Shown: positions 28,906 to 39,421, counted from the stretch's first letter. The stretch is DNA of 56,662 bases from Nanobdellota archaeon (GCA_018819345.1 JAHJQG010000040.1:1-56662), one strand, 5' to 3'. The notes: a model not told the origin generated them from the letters alone. A program made the numbers and translations.

Positions 28906-29280
28906 TCACTCTTCTTCTTTCTTAAAGCTTTCTGGAAGGTCGATGAGGTATTTCCCTTCTTCCAGCTTGTATATCAGTGGCCTTTTCTTGAACAGATTAA
29001 CAATATCAAGCTCATACTTTCCAGGCTTGAGTATTCTTATTGACTCCAGGTCAAGAACAACTGGCTTTTCCACTCCTCTTTCTATGCCAATAAGGTCAAA
29101 AACATCTTTTTCAATCTCATCTTTTTCTTTAGTTGTCAAGTCAGTTACTATGTTTTTTGTCTCTTCAAGCTTTTTTTTGCTTATGTAAAAGAATAATCTT
29201 CCGCCGCACGGGCAGCCCTTTAATATCTCTTCAGCTCCATCATCATAGAGTTTTCCACACCTGACACATTGATGAGGCAT
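28906..29280 (-). CDS. oapC: Zn-ribbon protein OapC (DUF2072)
   Basis: MPHQCVRCG...ILKGCPCGG; ESIRILKPGKYELD. Confidence 0.85.
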   Translation of the reverse strand: MPHQCVRCGKLYDDGAEEILKGCPCGGRLFFYISKKKLEETKNIVTDLTTKEKDEIEKDVFDLIGIERGVEKPVVLDLESIRILKPGKYELDIVNLFKKRPLIYKLEEGKYLIDLPESFKKEEE

Positions 29281-29293
29281 TTTATCTCAAGAA

Positions 29294-29689
29294 TTAGCTC
29301 TTCCTCCTTTTTCTTGCTTTAGTATCATCTTCAGTAAGAAGCTGTATCTTATCAGGATCTTTTTTTATCTCTCTTACAACAGATGCAGGCCCGATAATGG
29401 TTAAGCCCTGCCTGTCACCCAACAGCATATTAACAAAATTTCTTTTTATCTTTCTGAATAAGTCACTCTCTTTCTTGTCTGGATAGATAACAGAAAGCTC
29501 TATTCCCTTGAAATCCTTGTCTATCTCTTCCATTGTTGCTTTTATAAGCTCTGTTTCTTCCTCTTTTCTTAATCTGCCCTGTAACAAAACTATCCTGTTT
29601 TCCTTTGTTATGTTAAGGAGTTTTCTTATTCTTCCAACAGAGCTGAGATATTCTATTTCAGTGTATGGAACAAACTGCAATGTTAACAT
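29294..29689 (-). CDS. oapB: OapB (DUF2073)
   Basis: EETELIKATMEEIDKDFKGIE, GLTIIGPA. Confidence 0.85.
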   Translation of the reverse strand: MLTLQFVPYTEIEYLSSVGRIRKLLNITKENRIVLLQGRLRKEEETELIKATMEEIDKDFKGIELSVIYPDKKESDLFRKIKRNFVNMLLGDRQGLTIIGPASVVREIKKDPDKIQLLTEDDTKARKRRKS

Positions 29690-30321
29690 TATCCTACCAC
29701 CTTAAATAATCCTTCGTAAAACTCATCAATATTGTTGCCATACTTAGCAGATATCCCAACAACATGATACTGTGGAAATGCTGACTGGACTTTTTTTATC
29801 TTTGCCTTCTTTAAATCTACTTTATTGGCTACTATCAAAACAGGAATCTTCCTTGCCTCTAAGTTTCCGATGATTGTTATGTTAACCTGCGAATATGGGT
29901 CTTTTGTTGCATCAAGAACAACAACCACTGTGTCCATGTTGTCAAGCCACCTTATAGAATCTATAACCCCTTTTGTTGCCTCTTTTGCCCTTTTCTTGGC
30001 TTTGGTTGCAGTCAGACCAAACTTCATAAAATCCTCATAATCAATCTTGGTTGCAATTCCTGGAGTGTCAACAAGATTAAAAGAAATCTCTTTTTTGCCG
30101 CTTTTGATGCTTATCTGCTCTTTTATCTGTATCTCCCTTGTTTCATGGGGTATGTTTGTTACCTTGCCCATGCTCTCTCCCAGCCAGTCCTCGCAGATTT
30201 TATTGGCCAAAGTAGTCTTGCCAGCATTTGGCGGCCCATATAAGCCAAGCTTTATGTGCTTTTTCCTCCTGAAAAGGTTTTTAAAGAAAGTTTTTATGAA
30301 TTTCTCAAATATATTTGCCAT
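29689..30321 (-). CDS. oapA: Era-like GTP-binding protein OapA
   Basis: GPPNAGKTT, DTPG, NKVD; adjacent to DUF2073 and the Zn-ribbon gene. Confidence 0.88.
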   Translation of the reverse strand: MANIFEKFIKTFFKNLFRRKKHIKLGLYGPPNAGKTTLANKICEDWLGESMGKVTNIPHETREIQIKEQISIKSGKKEISFNLVDTPGIATKIDYEDFMKFGLTATKAKKRAKEATKGVIDSIRWLDNMDTVVVVLDATKDPYSQVNITIIGNLEARKIPVLIVANKVDLKKAKIKKVQSAFPQYHVVGISAKYGNNIDEFYEGLFKVVG

Positions 30322-30449
30322 TTTTGTAAATTATAGTTTAACTATTATATATAAAGTTTTGGTTTTTAAGTATGAATTATATACCTAAATCTATTTTATC
30401 TCTGCTTATTATTCACAACCAGACTAAAAATAAAACAAACATTTACCTC

Positions 30450-31448
30450 TTAGAAATATTTGTTTATGTATTCGTGAGCATAATATGCAGCAGTCACTCC
30501 TTGTGAGACTCCTATGATTGCCTGCTTCCATTCAGTGTTTGTGACATCGCCTATAGCATAAAATCCCGGAATGTTTGTCTCTGACCTTTGGTTAATTATT
30601 ACTTCTCCTTTGGCATTTAAATTAACTTTAATATCATCTGCTAATTTGCTAAGCGGGGTAAGGCCTATATAAATAAATACACCTTCTAATTTCAATTCTG
30701 TGCTTCCTTTGTATGGCTTATTAAAAACAACTTTCTCAACACTGTCTTTGCCTTTTATCTCTTTTACTTCAATGCTGTTTATGACTTCTATCTTATTTTT
30801 CTGGATATTCTCCTGCAATTTTTTAGAGTTTGAGAATTCAGGATGAAGCTCCTCTTCATTGTTTATGATGTAAATTTTTTTTGCATATCCTGTGAGCAGA
30901 TTAGCTTCTTTTACAGCACTATCCCCCCCGCCTATTACTGCGATGATCTTGTTTTTTACATGATTGGCATCACAAAGAGCACAATAATAAACTCCTTTTC
31001 CAAAAAATTCCTTTTCCCCAGGAACACCTAGCTTTTTCACTTTAGTGCCTGTTGCAAAAATAATGGTTTTGCTGTTAAATGCTTTTTTCTCAAGATGGAC
31101 TGTAAATATTTCTTTCTCTGATTTTTTCACAGAAATTTTTTCAACTATGTCTGTAAGAATATCAACATCATAATCCATTGCATGATTTTCTATGAGCTGG
31201 GCAAGCTTCTGGCCGTCTATGGAAACAAAGCCAGGGTAGTTCTCCACAGTTCCTGTTAGTGCTATTGTTCCTCCAGGCACTTCTCCAATTACCAGGGTTT
31301 TGAGCCCTAATCTTGCAGCATACATACCTGATGCTAAACCTGCCACCCCTGTGCCAATGATTATTACATCATACAGTATTGATTCATTAGGCTCGTGATT
31401 ATAGTTGTTTCTTGGTTCAAATATTATTTCTTCTTTTGTGTTTGGCAT
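30450..31448 (-). CDS. trxB: Thioredoxin reductase
   Basis: GxGxAG, VENYPG, CALCD, GGGDSA, GDV. Confidence 0.92.
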   Translation of the reverse strand: MPNTKEEIIFEPRNNYNHEPNESILYDVIIIGTGVAGLASGMYAARLGLKTLVIGEVPGGTIALTGTVENYPGFVSIDGQKLAQLIENHAMDYDVDILTDIVEKISVKKSEKEIFTVHLEKKAFNSKTIIFATGTKVKKLGVPGEKEFFGKGVYYCALCDANHVKNKIIAVIGGGDSAVKEANLLTGYAKKIYIINNEEELHPEFSNSKKLQENIQKNKIEVINSIEVKEIKGKDSVEKVVFNKPYKGSTELKLEGVFIYIGLTPLSKLADDIKVNLNAKGEVIINQRSETNIPGFYAIGDVTNTEWKQAIIGVSQGVTAAYYAHEYINKYF

Positions 31449-31458
31449 TGTTCCCTCC

Positions 31459-32664
31459 TTATCTTAGAAGATGCGGTGCAAAAACTAAGATAATTCCTAA
31501 TATTGTAAGTATAACTCCTCCCAGTAATCTGCAATATTTTGCATATTTCTCTCCTAAAGAGCTTCCGATTGCAAATGCAGCCATGCTAAAAATAACTAAA
31601 TCATCCAGCATGAAAAACAAGGTGTACAATCCTATGTATGCATAATGCTGCAAAGTCGATAATCCGCTGATAGCAAGTATTTGCGTAAAAACAGCTGGTA
31701 TTGCAGAAGAGCATACAAACTCAACTGAGTTGACAACAAAAGCAAGCCCAATTATTGATAATATAATTGCAATTGAAAGAGGCTGGGAAATTATTTTCCG
31801 GATTTTAGTCATTGTTTTTTCATGTGATTGCTCATCACCCACTTCGCAAGCCAGATCTCCTTTAGTTGTGAAATATTCCTTTAAATGAATTATTCCTCCA
31901 CCTAATGCAACAAGCCCGATAAGTATTGTCAAAATCCTTATATATCCTATGAAGAGAAATAGGTTTATCCATGCAGTCATAAATAGAAAGTAAAGTACTC
32001 CGGAAGCAAGGACAAAACTGCCAATAATAACCCATATTTTCTTCCTGTCTTTTATGCCTATCAAAAGCCCAATTAAATAAACAAGAACCCACATGGCGCA
32101 GGGATTAAAGCCGTCAATAAGCCCAAGGACTATTGCTAAAACAGGTATTGAAAAAGCTGTTAAGTCTGTTCTTCCAATAAAAGGCAGTTCAAAATCTTTA
32201 AAACTTGATTTTACTTCCTGAGACATAACATGATGACTTCCATTAGCAATGCACTTTTCCCTGCATTCATGTATGGTCTCTTTGATTTGCTCTTTGGAAT
32301 GGACTCCTATTAAAGGGTGCTTTTCAACAAAGATTGTAGGAACTGCAAGCCCTGATTTATCAAGCCCTGATTCTGCAGCTAACCTGTAGAACAACGCAGA
32401 GCCTTCCTTGGATGAGGCATCATATGAATAGAAGTTTACATCTTTCATTTCCTCTTTAAGCTCATTGAATATTGGCTTTTGTTCAGTGCAATGAGGGCAG
32501 GCAGGAAGATAAAAGAATATGACTGAGAACCCATCATCCTGGCTAATTTTTGGCTCGCTTGTAAAAATAAATGCAAATGCCCCCATGATTATCAATGCTA
32601 TGACTAAGTAAATGTTAAATTTGGATTCAAAAAACTTTTTTATAGCTGACAATATAGGATTCAT
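31459..32664 (-). CDS. Thioredoxin/glutaredoxin domain fused to a DsbD/CcdA-like membrane domain
   Basis: CPHC; GLIDGFNPCAMWVL; multiple TM helices. Confidence 0.8.
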   Translation of the reverse strand: MNPILSAIKKFFESKFNIYLVIALIIMGAFAFIFTSEPKISQDDGFSVIFFYLPACPHCTEQKPIFNELKEEMKDVNFYSYDASSKEGSALFYRLAAESGLDKSGLAVPTIFVEKHPLIGVHSKEQIKETIHECREKCIANGSHHVMSQEVKSSFKDFELPFIGRTDLTAFSIPVLAIVLGLIDGFNPCAMWVLVYLIGLLIGIKDRKKIWVIIGSFVLASGVLYFLFMTAWINLFLFIGYIRILTILIGLVALGGGIIHLKEYFTTKGDLACEVGDEQSHEKTMTKIRKIISQPLSIAIILSIIGLAFVVNSVEFVCSSAIPAVFTQILAISGLSTLQHYAYIGLYTLFFMLDDLVIFSMAAFAIGSSLGEKYAKYCRLLGGVILTILGIILVFAPHLLR

Positions 32665-32894
32665 TCTATTCCCAGTGCCTCTTTTAGTTTCTTAAGGTCA
32701 TACCCTGTAATGATTTTTCCATCCACTTCAGTAACAGGCACGTTTTCCTGGTTGCTTTTTTTAGCCATTTCAGCTCCTTTTTCCTTGTCTTTAAAAACAT
32801 CTATTTCTTCAAAACTAATGTTGTTTTTCTTAAGATAGTTTTTTATAATAATGCAGTATGGGCATATTGGTGTGGTATAGATAATTACTTTCAT
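32661..32894 (-). CDS. Glutaredoxin / NrdH-like protein
   Basis: YTTPICPYC, VPV. Confidence 0.9.
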   Translation of the reverse strand: MKVIIYTTPICPYCIIIKNYLKKNNISFEEIDVFKDKEKGAEMAKKSNQENVPVTEVDGKIITGYDLKKLKEALGIE

Positions 32895-32896
32895 GG

Positions 32897-33205
32897 TTAA
32901 TACTCCTTTTTATTTTTCATGCAACAACTTTTTTTAAAAATCTTTCCTTTAGTATTGCCTAATGCCCTGAAAACATCACAAACCCTGTAATCCTTGATTT
33001 TGTAAAAAACCTGTTTTCCTTCTTTTCTTGATTCCAGGATTCCGCAGCTTTTTAATTTGCCTAACTGGATTGAAACTGTTGACTGTGTTCTTTTTGTATG
33101 CGGAATTATCTCGCAAACACATTTCTCTCCATCCAAAAGAAATTCTACTATTTTCAGCCTTGTTTCATCTGACAAGGCTTTTAAGATTCTTAGTGATTTT
33201 TCCAT
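32897..33205 (-). CDS. ArsR/SmtB transcriptional regulator
   Basis: KALSDETRLKI, CVCEI, QSTVS; start set at ATG 33205. Confidence 0.9.
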   Translation of the reverse strand: MEKSLRILKALSDETRLKIVEFLLDGEKCVCEIIPHTKRTQSTVSIQLGKLKSCGILESRKEGKQVFYKIKDYRVCDVFRALGNTKGKIFKKSCCMKNKKEY

Positions 33206-33324
33206 ATTTACATATTGATAATTGTCAATATTTATAAATTTAATGTTTTTTGTGGACATTGATTAGAAGTTATTTATTAGGATTTTCAATTAGATGGTTT
33301 TAAAATTTAGAAGAAGTAGGAAAA

Positions 33325-34512
33325 TTATTCTCTTTTTATCTGTAGGCCATACTTTATTATTTCCTCTGCCTTGTCAATGTCTTCTTTTTTTACTGTTTTT
33401 CTTAGTTCCATTCTTGCCGCCGCCTTTGCAATCCTCATGAGGCCAATTACAATCCTTGGTGAGATTTCAATTAAATATTTCTTTTCATCCTTTTTCAGCT
33501 CTGTTGAGAACTCAACAACCTGCTTTTCAAACTCTTTTGGAAACTCAACATCAACCTGCTCTGCAAAATCAACATAATCTTTTATGAATTCCATGTCTTT
33601 TATGTTGACTTTCATCTTGTCGTTCTGGACTATCTTTTTTGTTATTTTTGCAAACCTTTCAAGCCCGGGCTTTCTTATTAAAAAAACCAGATGGAATCTT
33701 GTCAAAAGAGCAGAATCAAATGGAATCTGCTGTTTCAATATGCTTATTATATTTCCAACAAAGCGATCTCCCTTAGGGTTGGATGTTGCAATAACCCTTA
33801 CTTTAGCATCAAGCTGAAAATGCTTGTTTGCTTTATCATAAGTGATAAATCCTTTTTCCATTGCAGAATACAAGGCAGCATAGTCTGTTTTTTTCATTAA
33901 ATTTAGCTCGTCAATGCAGCATATTCCCTCATTTGCCATTGGAAGAAGCCCCCTTATTATCTCATTTCCCTTAACAGCAGCTGAAAGCCCTGCTTTGGAA
34001 GCTCCGGAGCCAAGTCCAAAAGAAGTTATTGGATGCAAATTACTTACTGACCTTAGTATATCTGTTTTTCCTGTTCCAGGGTCTCCCAAAAGAAGTATAT
34101 GAATTGGTTCTGTTGCAAGAAGCTGTAAAGCTGCTGCTTCTTTTGCAAGCCCAAGGCCAAATATATTTGGTGCAATAAACTCTTTTATTGTTTTTCTTGC
34201 TCTCTCAGAAAATAACCTGAATGCTCTTCTCTTAAGCTTTCCCTCAATCTCCTTGTTTGTTTTTTCTACAAACAACTGCGTCTCATTATCCTCTAAAGCC
34301 AGGTTAAGCTGTGGAAATAAAACATCATCACCAATTTTTTCAGATATCCCAAGGCTTGAAAAGGAAACACCAATTTTTTTGTTCTTCAGAAGATTCTTTA
34401 TTCTCTTCAAATCCCTTGGCTCAAGGTATTTATCTAGCTCAGACATGTAGTCTTTTTCCTTTTTTGAGAAAGGCCTTACAAAATGAATAAATTTCATGAA
34501 ATCAGATGCCAT
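33325..34512 (-). CDS. MCM-family AAA+ ATPase lacking the N-terminal OB/Zn domains
   Basis: IAPNIFG, HILLLGDPGTGKT, GICCIDE, SAMEKG, LLTRF, ISPR. Confidence 0.85.
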   Translation of the reverse strand: MASDFMKFIHFVRPFSKKEKDYMSELDKYLEPRDLKRIKNLLKNKKIGVSFSSLGISEKIGDDVLFPQLNLALEDNETQLFVEKTNKEIEGKLKRRAFRLFSERARKTIKEFIAPNIFGLGLAKEAAALQLLATEPIHILLLGDPGTGKTDILRSVSNLHPITSFGLGSGASKAGLSAAVKGNEIIRGLLPMANEGICCIDELNLMKKTDYAALYSAMEKGFITYDKANKHFQLDAKVRVIATSNPKGDRFVGNIISILKQQIPFDSALLTRFHLVFLIRKPGLERFAKITKKIVQNDKMKVNIKDMEFIKDYVDFAEQVDVEFPKEFEKQVVEFSTELKKDEKKYLIEISPRIVIGLMRIAKAAARMELRKTVKKEDIDKAEEIIKYGLQIKRE

Positions 34513-34569
34513 AACTATTATTAAGAAGTTAAAGATTATAAAGGTTTTGTTTTATTAGAGTTTAATAAA

Positions 34570-35085
34570 TTAAATTTTTATATTAAGTCTTTTAGTGTAG
34601 TAATCTCTTATGCCGTCAGGTACATAAAAGCCAACCTTTTTTTTGTAAAGGATTTCTCCCATTGTTTTCAATATTTCAATTAAATCGTTGTCCTTTCCTA
34701 AATAAAGAATTTCTTGATTGCCTGTATCAGAGGAACCAGAATAATACACTCTGCGAACAATAACAGTAAAGTAATCAATTTCCCCATTAATCCCAGGAAA
34801 TTTGAAAATATAATCATTAACTTCTCTCTTAAAAACATAAAATATTCTCATAAACCATTTCTCTAAAAGAATTTTATCTGAAAGAATAACCACCAGATTT
34901 GAATTATCGTCTTTCAAATGGTCTCTAACTTTATATTTTTTTATTTCTTTGCATGCAAGTTCTGTTGAATTTATTATTTTATCAATAGTTTTCTTTTCTG
35001 GAATCCTTATTAATGGGTCTCCTTTGCTAAAAAAACTCTCAACCTTATTCCTCGGCAGATCTGGAAATATAAACATTTCTTCCAT
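34570..35085 (-). CDS. Hypothetical protein
   Basis: 171-aa ORF with its own TATA-like upstream region. Confidence 0.6.
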   Translation of the reverse strand: MEEMFIFPDLPRNKVESFFSKGDPLIRIPEKKTIDKIINSTELACKEIKKYKVRDHLKDDNSNLVVILSDKILLEKWFMRIFYVFKREVNDYIFKFPGINGEIDYFTVIVRRVYYSGSSDTGNQEILYLGKDNDLIEILKTMGEILYKKKVGFYVPDGIRDYYTKRLNIKI

Positions 35086-35121
35086 AATCTAAATATTGTA
35101 AAGAAAGTATATAAACTTTTC

Positions 35122-36072
35122 TTAGTAAGTTTTTTTAACCTTTGCAACAAAAAAGCCGCATGTGTCATTGTCCTGTGGCCAGATCCTTAAGCATTTTTCA
35201 ACTTCTTTGCTGTATTGCTGGCCATTGAAATCTGTTATTACAGGGCCGTGCTTTATATTTAAATTAATTTTCTCAAGCTTTGCATTTTCATATTTGTTTA
35301 ACAAAAAGTCAATTATTGCCTCGTTTTCCTCTGGCTCTAATGTGCATGTTGAATAGGTCATTACTCCACCAGGATTTAAACAGTTGAATGCAACATCAAT
35401 CAACTGCCTCTGTGTTCCTGCAATTCTTTTGACCATGTTTGGGTTCCACATCTTTAAAGTTTTAAGGCTTTTTCTTATTGTGCCTGTTCCAGAGCAAGGG
35501 GCATCTAATAATATTTTGTCAAAAGGCATTTTAAAGAAGCGGCCTTCCATTAATGTAACCAATGTATTTGTTGCTCCTGTTCTCTGAATGTTAAAGCTTA
35601 ATGGAGCCATTCTTTTGTAGTCAGAATCATTTGAAACCAGAACTCCTTTGTTCTGCATCATTGCTGCAATCTGTGTTGTTTTTGAGCCAGGAGCAGAGCA
35701 CATATCCAGAACAATATCATCTGGTTTTGGATTTAAAACAACAGCTGGAATCATTGAAGCTGCTTCCTGCACATAGAAATAACCTAGGTTATGCTCAATA
35801 AGGTTTCCAATATCCCTTCTCAAGCCTTTTTTATGCTCTATGAAAAAACCCTGTTTGCACCATGGAATTTGAGTAAGCTTCCATTCCTTCTCCAGTCTTT
35901 TCTTAAGCTCATCAATTGTTATCTTTAGTGTATTGACTCTAATGCTTTTTCTCATGAATGAAAGGGATGTTTCTATGAATTTTTTGTAATCCTTTCCCAA
36001 AAGGACCCTGTACCTCTCCTCAAACTTTTCTTTTATTTTAATATTTTCAGTTTTGGGTATTTTTTTTAACAT
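35122..36072 (-). CDS. RsmB/NOP2/Trm4-family RNA m5C methyltransferase
   Basis: QEAASMIP, DMCSAPGSKT, DAPCSGTG, YSTCT. Confidence 0.93.
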   Translation of the reverse strand: MLKKIPKTENIKIKEKFEERYRVLLGKDYKKFIETSLSFMRKSIRVNTLKITIDELKKRLEKEWKLTQIPWCKQGFFIEHKKGLRRDIGNLIEHNLGYFYVQEAASMIPAVVLNPKPDDIVLDMCSAPGSKTTQIAAMMQNKGVLVSNDSDYKRMAPLSFNIQRTGATNTLVTLMEGRFFKMPFDKILLDAPCSGTGTIRKSLKTLKMWNPNMVKRIAGTQRQLIDVAFNCLNPGGVMTYSTCTLEPEENEAIIDFLLNKYENAKLEKINLNIKHGPVITDFNGQQYSKEVEKCLRIWPQDNDTCGFFVAKVKKTY

Positions 36073-36078
36073 TTTATT

Positions 36079-37800
36079 TTAATTTCCATTGTTTAGATAT
36101 TTTACCATGTAAGGCCCATGCTTTTTATATCCAAGCCTGCGGTAATAATTTCTTACACCAATTCCTGAGATTGCAACAATTTTATTCTTTTTGTTTTTCC
36201 TTGATATATCTTCTGCCTTTTTTAATAGTTTCTTCCCATAGCCAGCGTGCTGTATATTTCCTTTTTTTCCAATTGAGATTGCAGAGCCAAAGACATGAAG
36301 CTCTCTTATAAGTGCTGATTTGCCTGTTATTTCTTTTCTTAAGCTTTGCGATGGAAACCTCATCCTGCAAAATCCAATCAATGCATTGTTTTTTGCATCT
36401 TCATAGCTTATGAAAAATTCTTTTCCATTGCTTGCATTATATTCAAGGACTTTTAGTTTTATATTTTTTAAATTTAGTTTTATTTTTTCTTTTTTTAGTT
36501 TATGCCCAATTTCTCTGCATCTAATGCAATTGCATTTTATTCCCTTTTCTTTTAATTCTTTTTCAATGTACTGCCTTAAATTAGTTTTGTCAACCCCTGC
36601 CTCTGTCAAGTATGTTGGAATATCCCTTTGAACTCTCATGATTCTTACATAAGGCGGGACGAATCTTTTTATTTCTGTTATTATTTCAACTGCTTTTTTT
36701 GTTGTTACTGGCTTGTATTTTTTGTTTTTCCATAACCTGTAAAGCTTTGTTCCCTTTAAAACCATGCAGGGATATATTTTAAGCATATCAGGCCTAAAGC
36801 TTTGATCTGAAAATATTTCTTTAAAAGAATTAATATCTTTTTTCCTGTCTGAGCCAGGCAGGCCAATCATCATATGATAATTTATCTTAAATCCGGTGTC
36901 TTTTAAGGACTTGGTTGAATTAACTGAATCCTGAACAGAATGTCCTCTTTCTATTTTATTAAGAACATTATCATAAACAGTCTGGACTCCAAGCTCAACC
37001 CTTGTTGCTCCAAGCCTTAGCATCTGGTTAGCATGTTTTTGTTTTGCAAAATCAGGCCTTGTCTCAATTGTAAGACCAACACATCTTATTTTTGAGGATT
37101 CATTTTTCTTTTGTTCTTTTTCAAGTGTTGTTTTTGTTTTGTTCTTTAAAATCAAAAGTTTCTTTTTTATCCTATTAACACGCGCATCATCCTGGAAATT
37201 TCCAGGCATTTCAAAGAATGTCTTAAACTTAACTAAATCAAGTTCCTCATTTCTAAAAAATATTTTAGAAAAATCATTCATTGCCTTTAATGCATATTTA
37301 ATAAAATAATCCTGGTATGTTTTTTTAAAGCTTGGAAATGTTCCGCCCATTATTATAAGCTCGATTTTGTCAGGGACATGACCTGTCATTATATACTGCT
37401 CAAGCCTGTTCATAACCTGCAGATAAGGGTCAAAATTGTTTCTTATGGCGCGCCTTGCTGCTGGCTCCTTGCCTGTATAGCTCTGAGGCATATTTCCAAA
37501 AAAAGATTTTGGACCACCAGGGCATATAGCACACTTTCCATGAGGGCACTTTATTGGCTTTGTCATAATAGCACAAACAGCAACACCAGAAATAGTCCTT
37601 GTTGGCTTTGTTATCAAATGCTTCAATAATTTACGGTCTTTTACATCTGCACTTAATAATATTCTTATGTCTGTCGGAATGTCTATCTTATATTTCCTGC
37701 ATAGACGAGTCTTTAAATTAGAAATCTCCTGCTTTGAGAGCTTTTTTTTCTTTAGAATCCCAATGATCTCATTAAAATATTCCTTTTCATAATCTGCCAT
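36079..37800 (-). CDS. elp3: Elp3 tRNA uridine(34) acetyltransferase (radical SAM + GNAT)
   Basis: KPTRTISGVA, CPHGKCAICPGG, ETRPD, RELHVFG, ISGIGVRNYY. Confidence 0.95.
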   Translation of the reverse strand: MADYEKEYFNEIIGILKKKKLSKQEISNLKTRLCRKYKIDIPTDIRILLSADVKDRKLLKHLITKPTRTISGVAVCAIMTKPIKCPHGKCAICPGGPKSFFGNMPQSYTGKEPAARRAIRNNFDPYLQVMNRLEQYIMTGHVPDKIELIIMGGTFPSFKKTYQDYFIKYALKAMNDFSKIFFRNEELDLVKFKTFFEMPGNFQDDARVNRIKKKLLILKNKTKTTLEKEQKKNESSKIRCVGLTIETRPDFAKQKHANQMLRLGATRVELGVQTVYDNVLNKIERGHSVQDSVNSTKSLKDTGFKINYHMMIGLPGSDRKKDINSFKEIFSDQSFRPDMLKIYPCMVLKGTKLYRLWKNKKYKPVTTKKAVEIITEIKRFVPPYVRIMRVQRDIPTYLTEAGVDKTNLRQYIEKELKEKGIKCNCIRCREIGHKLKKEKIKLNLKNIKLKVLEYNASNGKEFFISYEDAKNNALIGFCRMRFPSQSLRKEITGKSALIRELHVFGSAISIGKKGNIQHAGYGKKLLKKAEDISRKNKKNKIVAISGIGVRNYYRRLGYKKHGPYMVKYLNNGN

Positions 37801-37856
37801 ATAACACTAGAACAAGCAATGGTATTTAAATATTGATGAAAACTATAGCTGTTCCA

Positions 37857-38804
37857 TCATATTGTATTTATGTAGAACTCAATAATAACAAAGAATATGT
37901 AAAGCAGAATTAAAGAGATTCCCTCTTTTACATATAGCTTATTACCGCTCTCAACAAATGTTGCAAACAGGAATGCAACTACTACCATGAATATTGCACT
38001 TACAGAAAATAAAAGTATATTTGCAGTAATTGGAAATATGATTGCAGTTATTCCCAAAACAAGTGTTGAATTTACAATCACAGAGCCGATTAAATTACCT
38101 AAAGCCATTTCTGAATGTCCTGCCAGAACTGCCCTGCTTCCAAATGTAAGCTCTGGCAGAGTAGTTCCTATTGAGATTATGAATAATCCAACAATTATTG
38201 GCGGCAGTGCTAAATCAACAGACAATAAGGTTGCATATCCCACAACAAATCTTGCACTTAAAAATAACAGGGCAAGGCTAAAGACAAACAAGATAGTTGT
38301 TAAAATAATATCCCTTCTTTTAATTCCATCCTCAACCTCTTTTTTAAATAATCTTTTTTGCCTTAAGATTCTTCTTGCATAAATAACAAACGCAGCTAAC
38401 AAAATAATTCCATCTATCCTTGATAAAGAATTGCCAATTATCATCAAAACCATTGGCAGTGAAGCAATAAAAACCATATAAAGTGCATCTGTCTTTGTTT
38501 TCTTGCTCTCAATCTTTATTCCCCTTCCAAGAAGTATTGCAATGCCAATCACTAATGTTAAATTTATTATATTTGCACCAATCACATTTCCAAGTGCTAA
38601 TGCAGAATTTTTTGCAAGAGCAGATGTTATGCCCACAAATAATTCTGGTATGGATGTTGCAAAGGCCATTATTATAAAGCCAACAACAAACTCGCTTAGC
38701 TTTAGAAAGGCAGCTATCTTTGTAAGGGTTTTAACTAATAAGTTGCCGCTTATTACAAGCACAATGCATGCTATTAAAAATACTATTAGGTTAGTTATTA
38801 ACAT
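37857..38804 (-). CDS. Na+/Ca2+ (cation:Ca2+) antiporter, YrbG-like
   Basis: Alpha repeats ATSIPE...GNVIGAN and GTTLPE...GNLIGS. Confidence 0.9.
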   Translation of the reverse strand: MLITNLIVFLIACIVLVISGNLLVKTLTKIAAFLKLSEFVVGFIIMAFATSIPELFVGITSALAKNSALALGNVIGANIINLTLVIGIAILLGRGIKIESKKTKTDALYMVFIASLPMVLMIIGNSLSRIDGIILLAAFVIYARRILRQKRLFKKEVEDGIKRRDIILTTILFVFSLALLFLSARFVVGYATLLSVDLALPPIIVGLFIISIGTTLPELTFGSRAVLAGHSEMALGNLIGSVIVNSTLVLGITAIIFPITANILLFSVSAIFMVVVAFLFATFVESGNKLYVKEGISLILLYIFFVIIEFYINTI

Positions 38805-38956
38805 TCAATCCTCTGTGGGCTTATTTTTTTCTCTTCTTTAATCTCATTAAGGCCGTATTTTTCAAGCCTTTTCTCTGCTTCTTGCTGTGAGAGACCTTTA
38901 GAAGATGTCTTAAATTCATCTAATATCTTATTTATAGGATAATTATAGTAATCCAT
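38798..38956 (-). pseudogene. N-terminal remnant of a P-type cation ATPase (Cation_ATPase_N only)
   Basis: MDYYNYPINKILDEFKTSSKGLSQQEAEKRLEKYGLNEIKEEKKISP then stops within six codons, overlapping the antiporter start. Confidence 0.75.
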
Positions 38957-39066
38957 AACCCACCCCTTTTTAATGGTTTAAGATATTATTTGTTTATATA
39001 ACTTATCATTTTATGGAATTTAAATCCAAAAGTTATTTATATGAATTAAAAGTCTTAAAATATTTT

Positions 39067-39420
39067 ATGAAGACAAAAAAAGAAGCAATAGCACTTGTTT
39101 TGTTCTGCACATTTCTAACTGCAGCAGGCCAGATATTCCTTAAGATTGGCTCAGGGAATCTAAGTTTCAGTATTTTAAAGCTATTAGGCAATTTTCCATT
39201 GGTAACCGGGTTTGTTCTTTATTTCTTGGGAGCTGTAATTCTGGTTACTGCATTAAAGCATGGAGAGCTTTCTGTGCTTTACCCTATTATTGCAACATCA
39301 TTTATCTGGGTAAGCTTTTTATCCATAATATTTCTTAATGAAATTATGAATTCATGGAAATGGGCAGGCGTTATAACAATAATAATTGGCATTAGCCTGA
39401 TAGGAAGAGGTGCAAGCTGA
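39067..39420 (+). CDS. EamA/SMR-like small membrane transporter
   Basis: 4 TM helices, GELSVLYP. Confidence 0.85.
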   Translation: MKTKKEAIALVLFCTFLTAAGQIFLKIGSGNLSFSILKLLGNFPLVTGFVLYFLGAVILVTALKHGELSVLYPIIATSFIWVSFLSIIFLNEIMNSWKWAGVITIIIGISLIGRGAS

Positions 39421-39421
39421 A

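Noticed and set aside
28906..30321. Replication origin next to oapABC (as in haloarchaea)
   Set aside because: The flanking intergenic regions are short and show no ORB-like repeats; cdc6 is more than 20 kb away.
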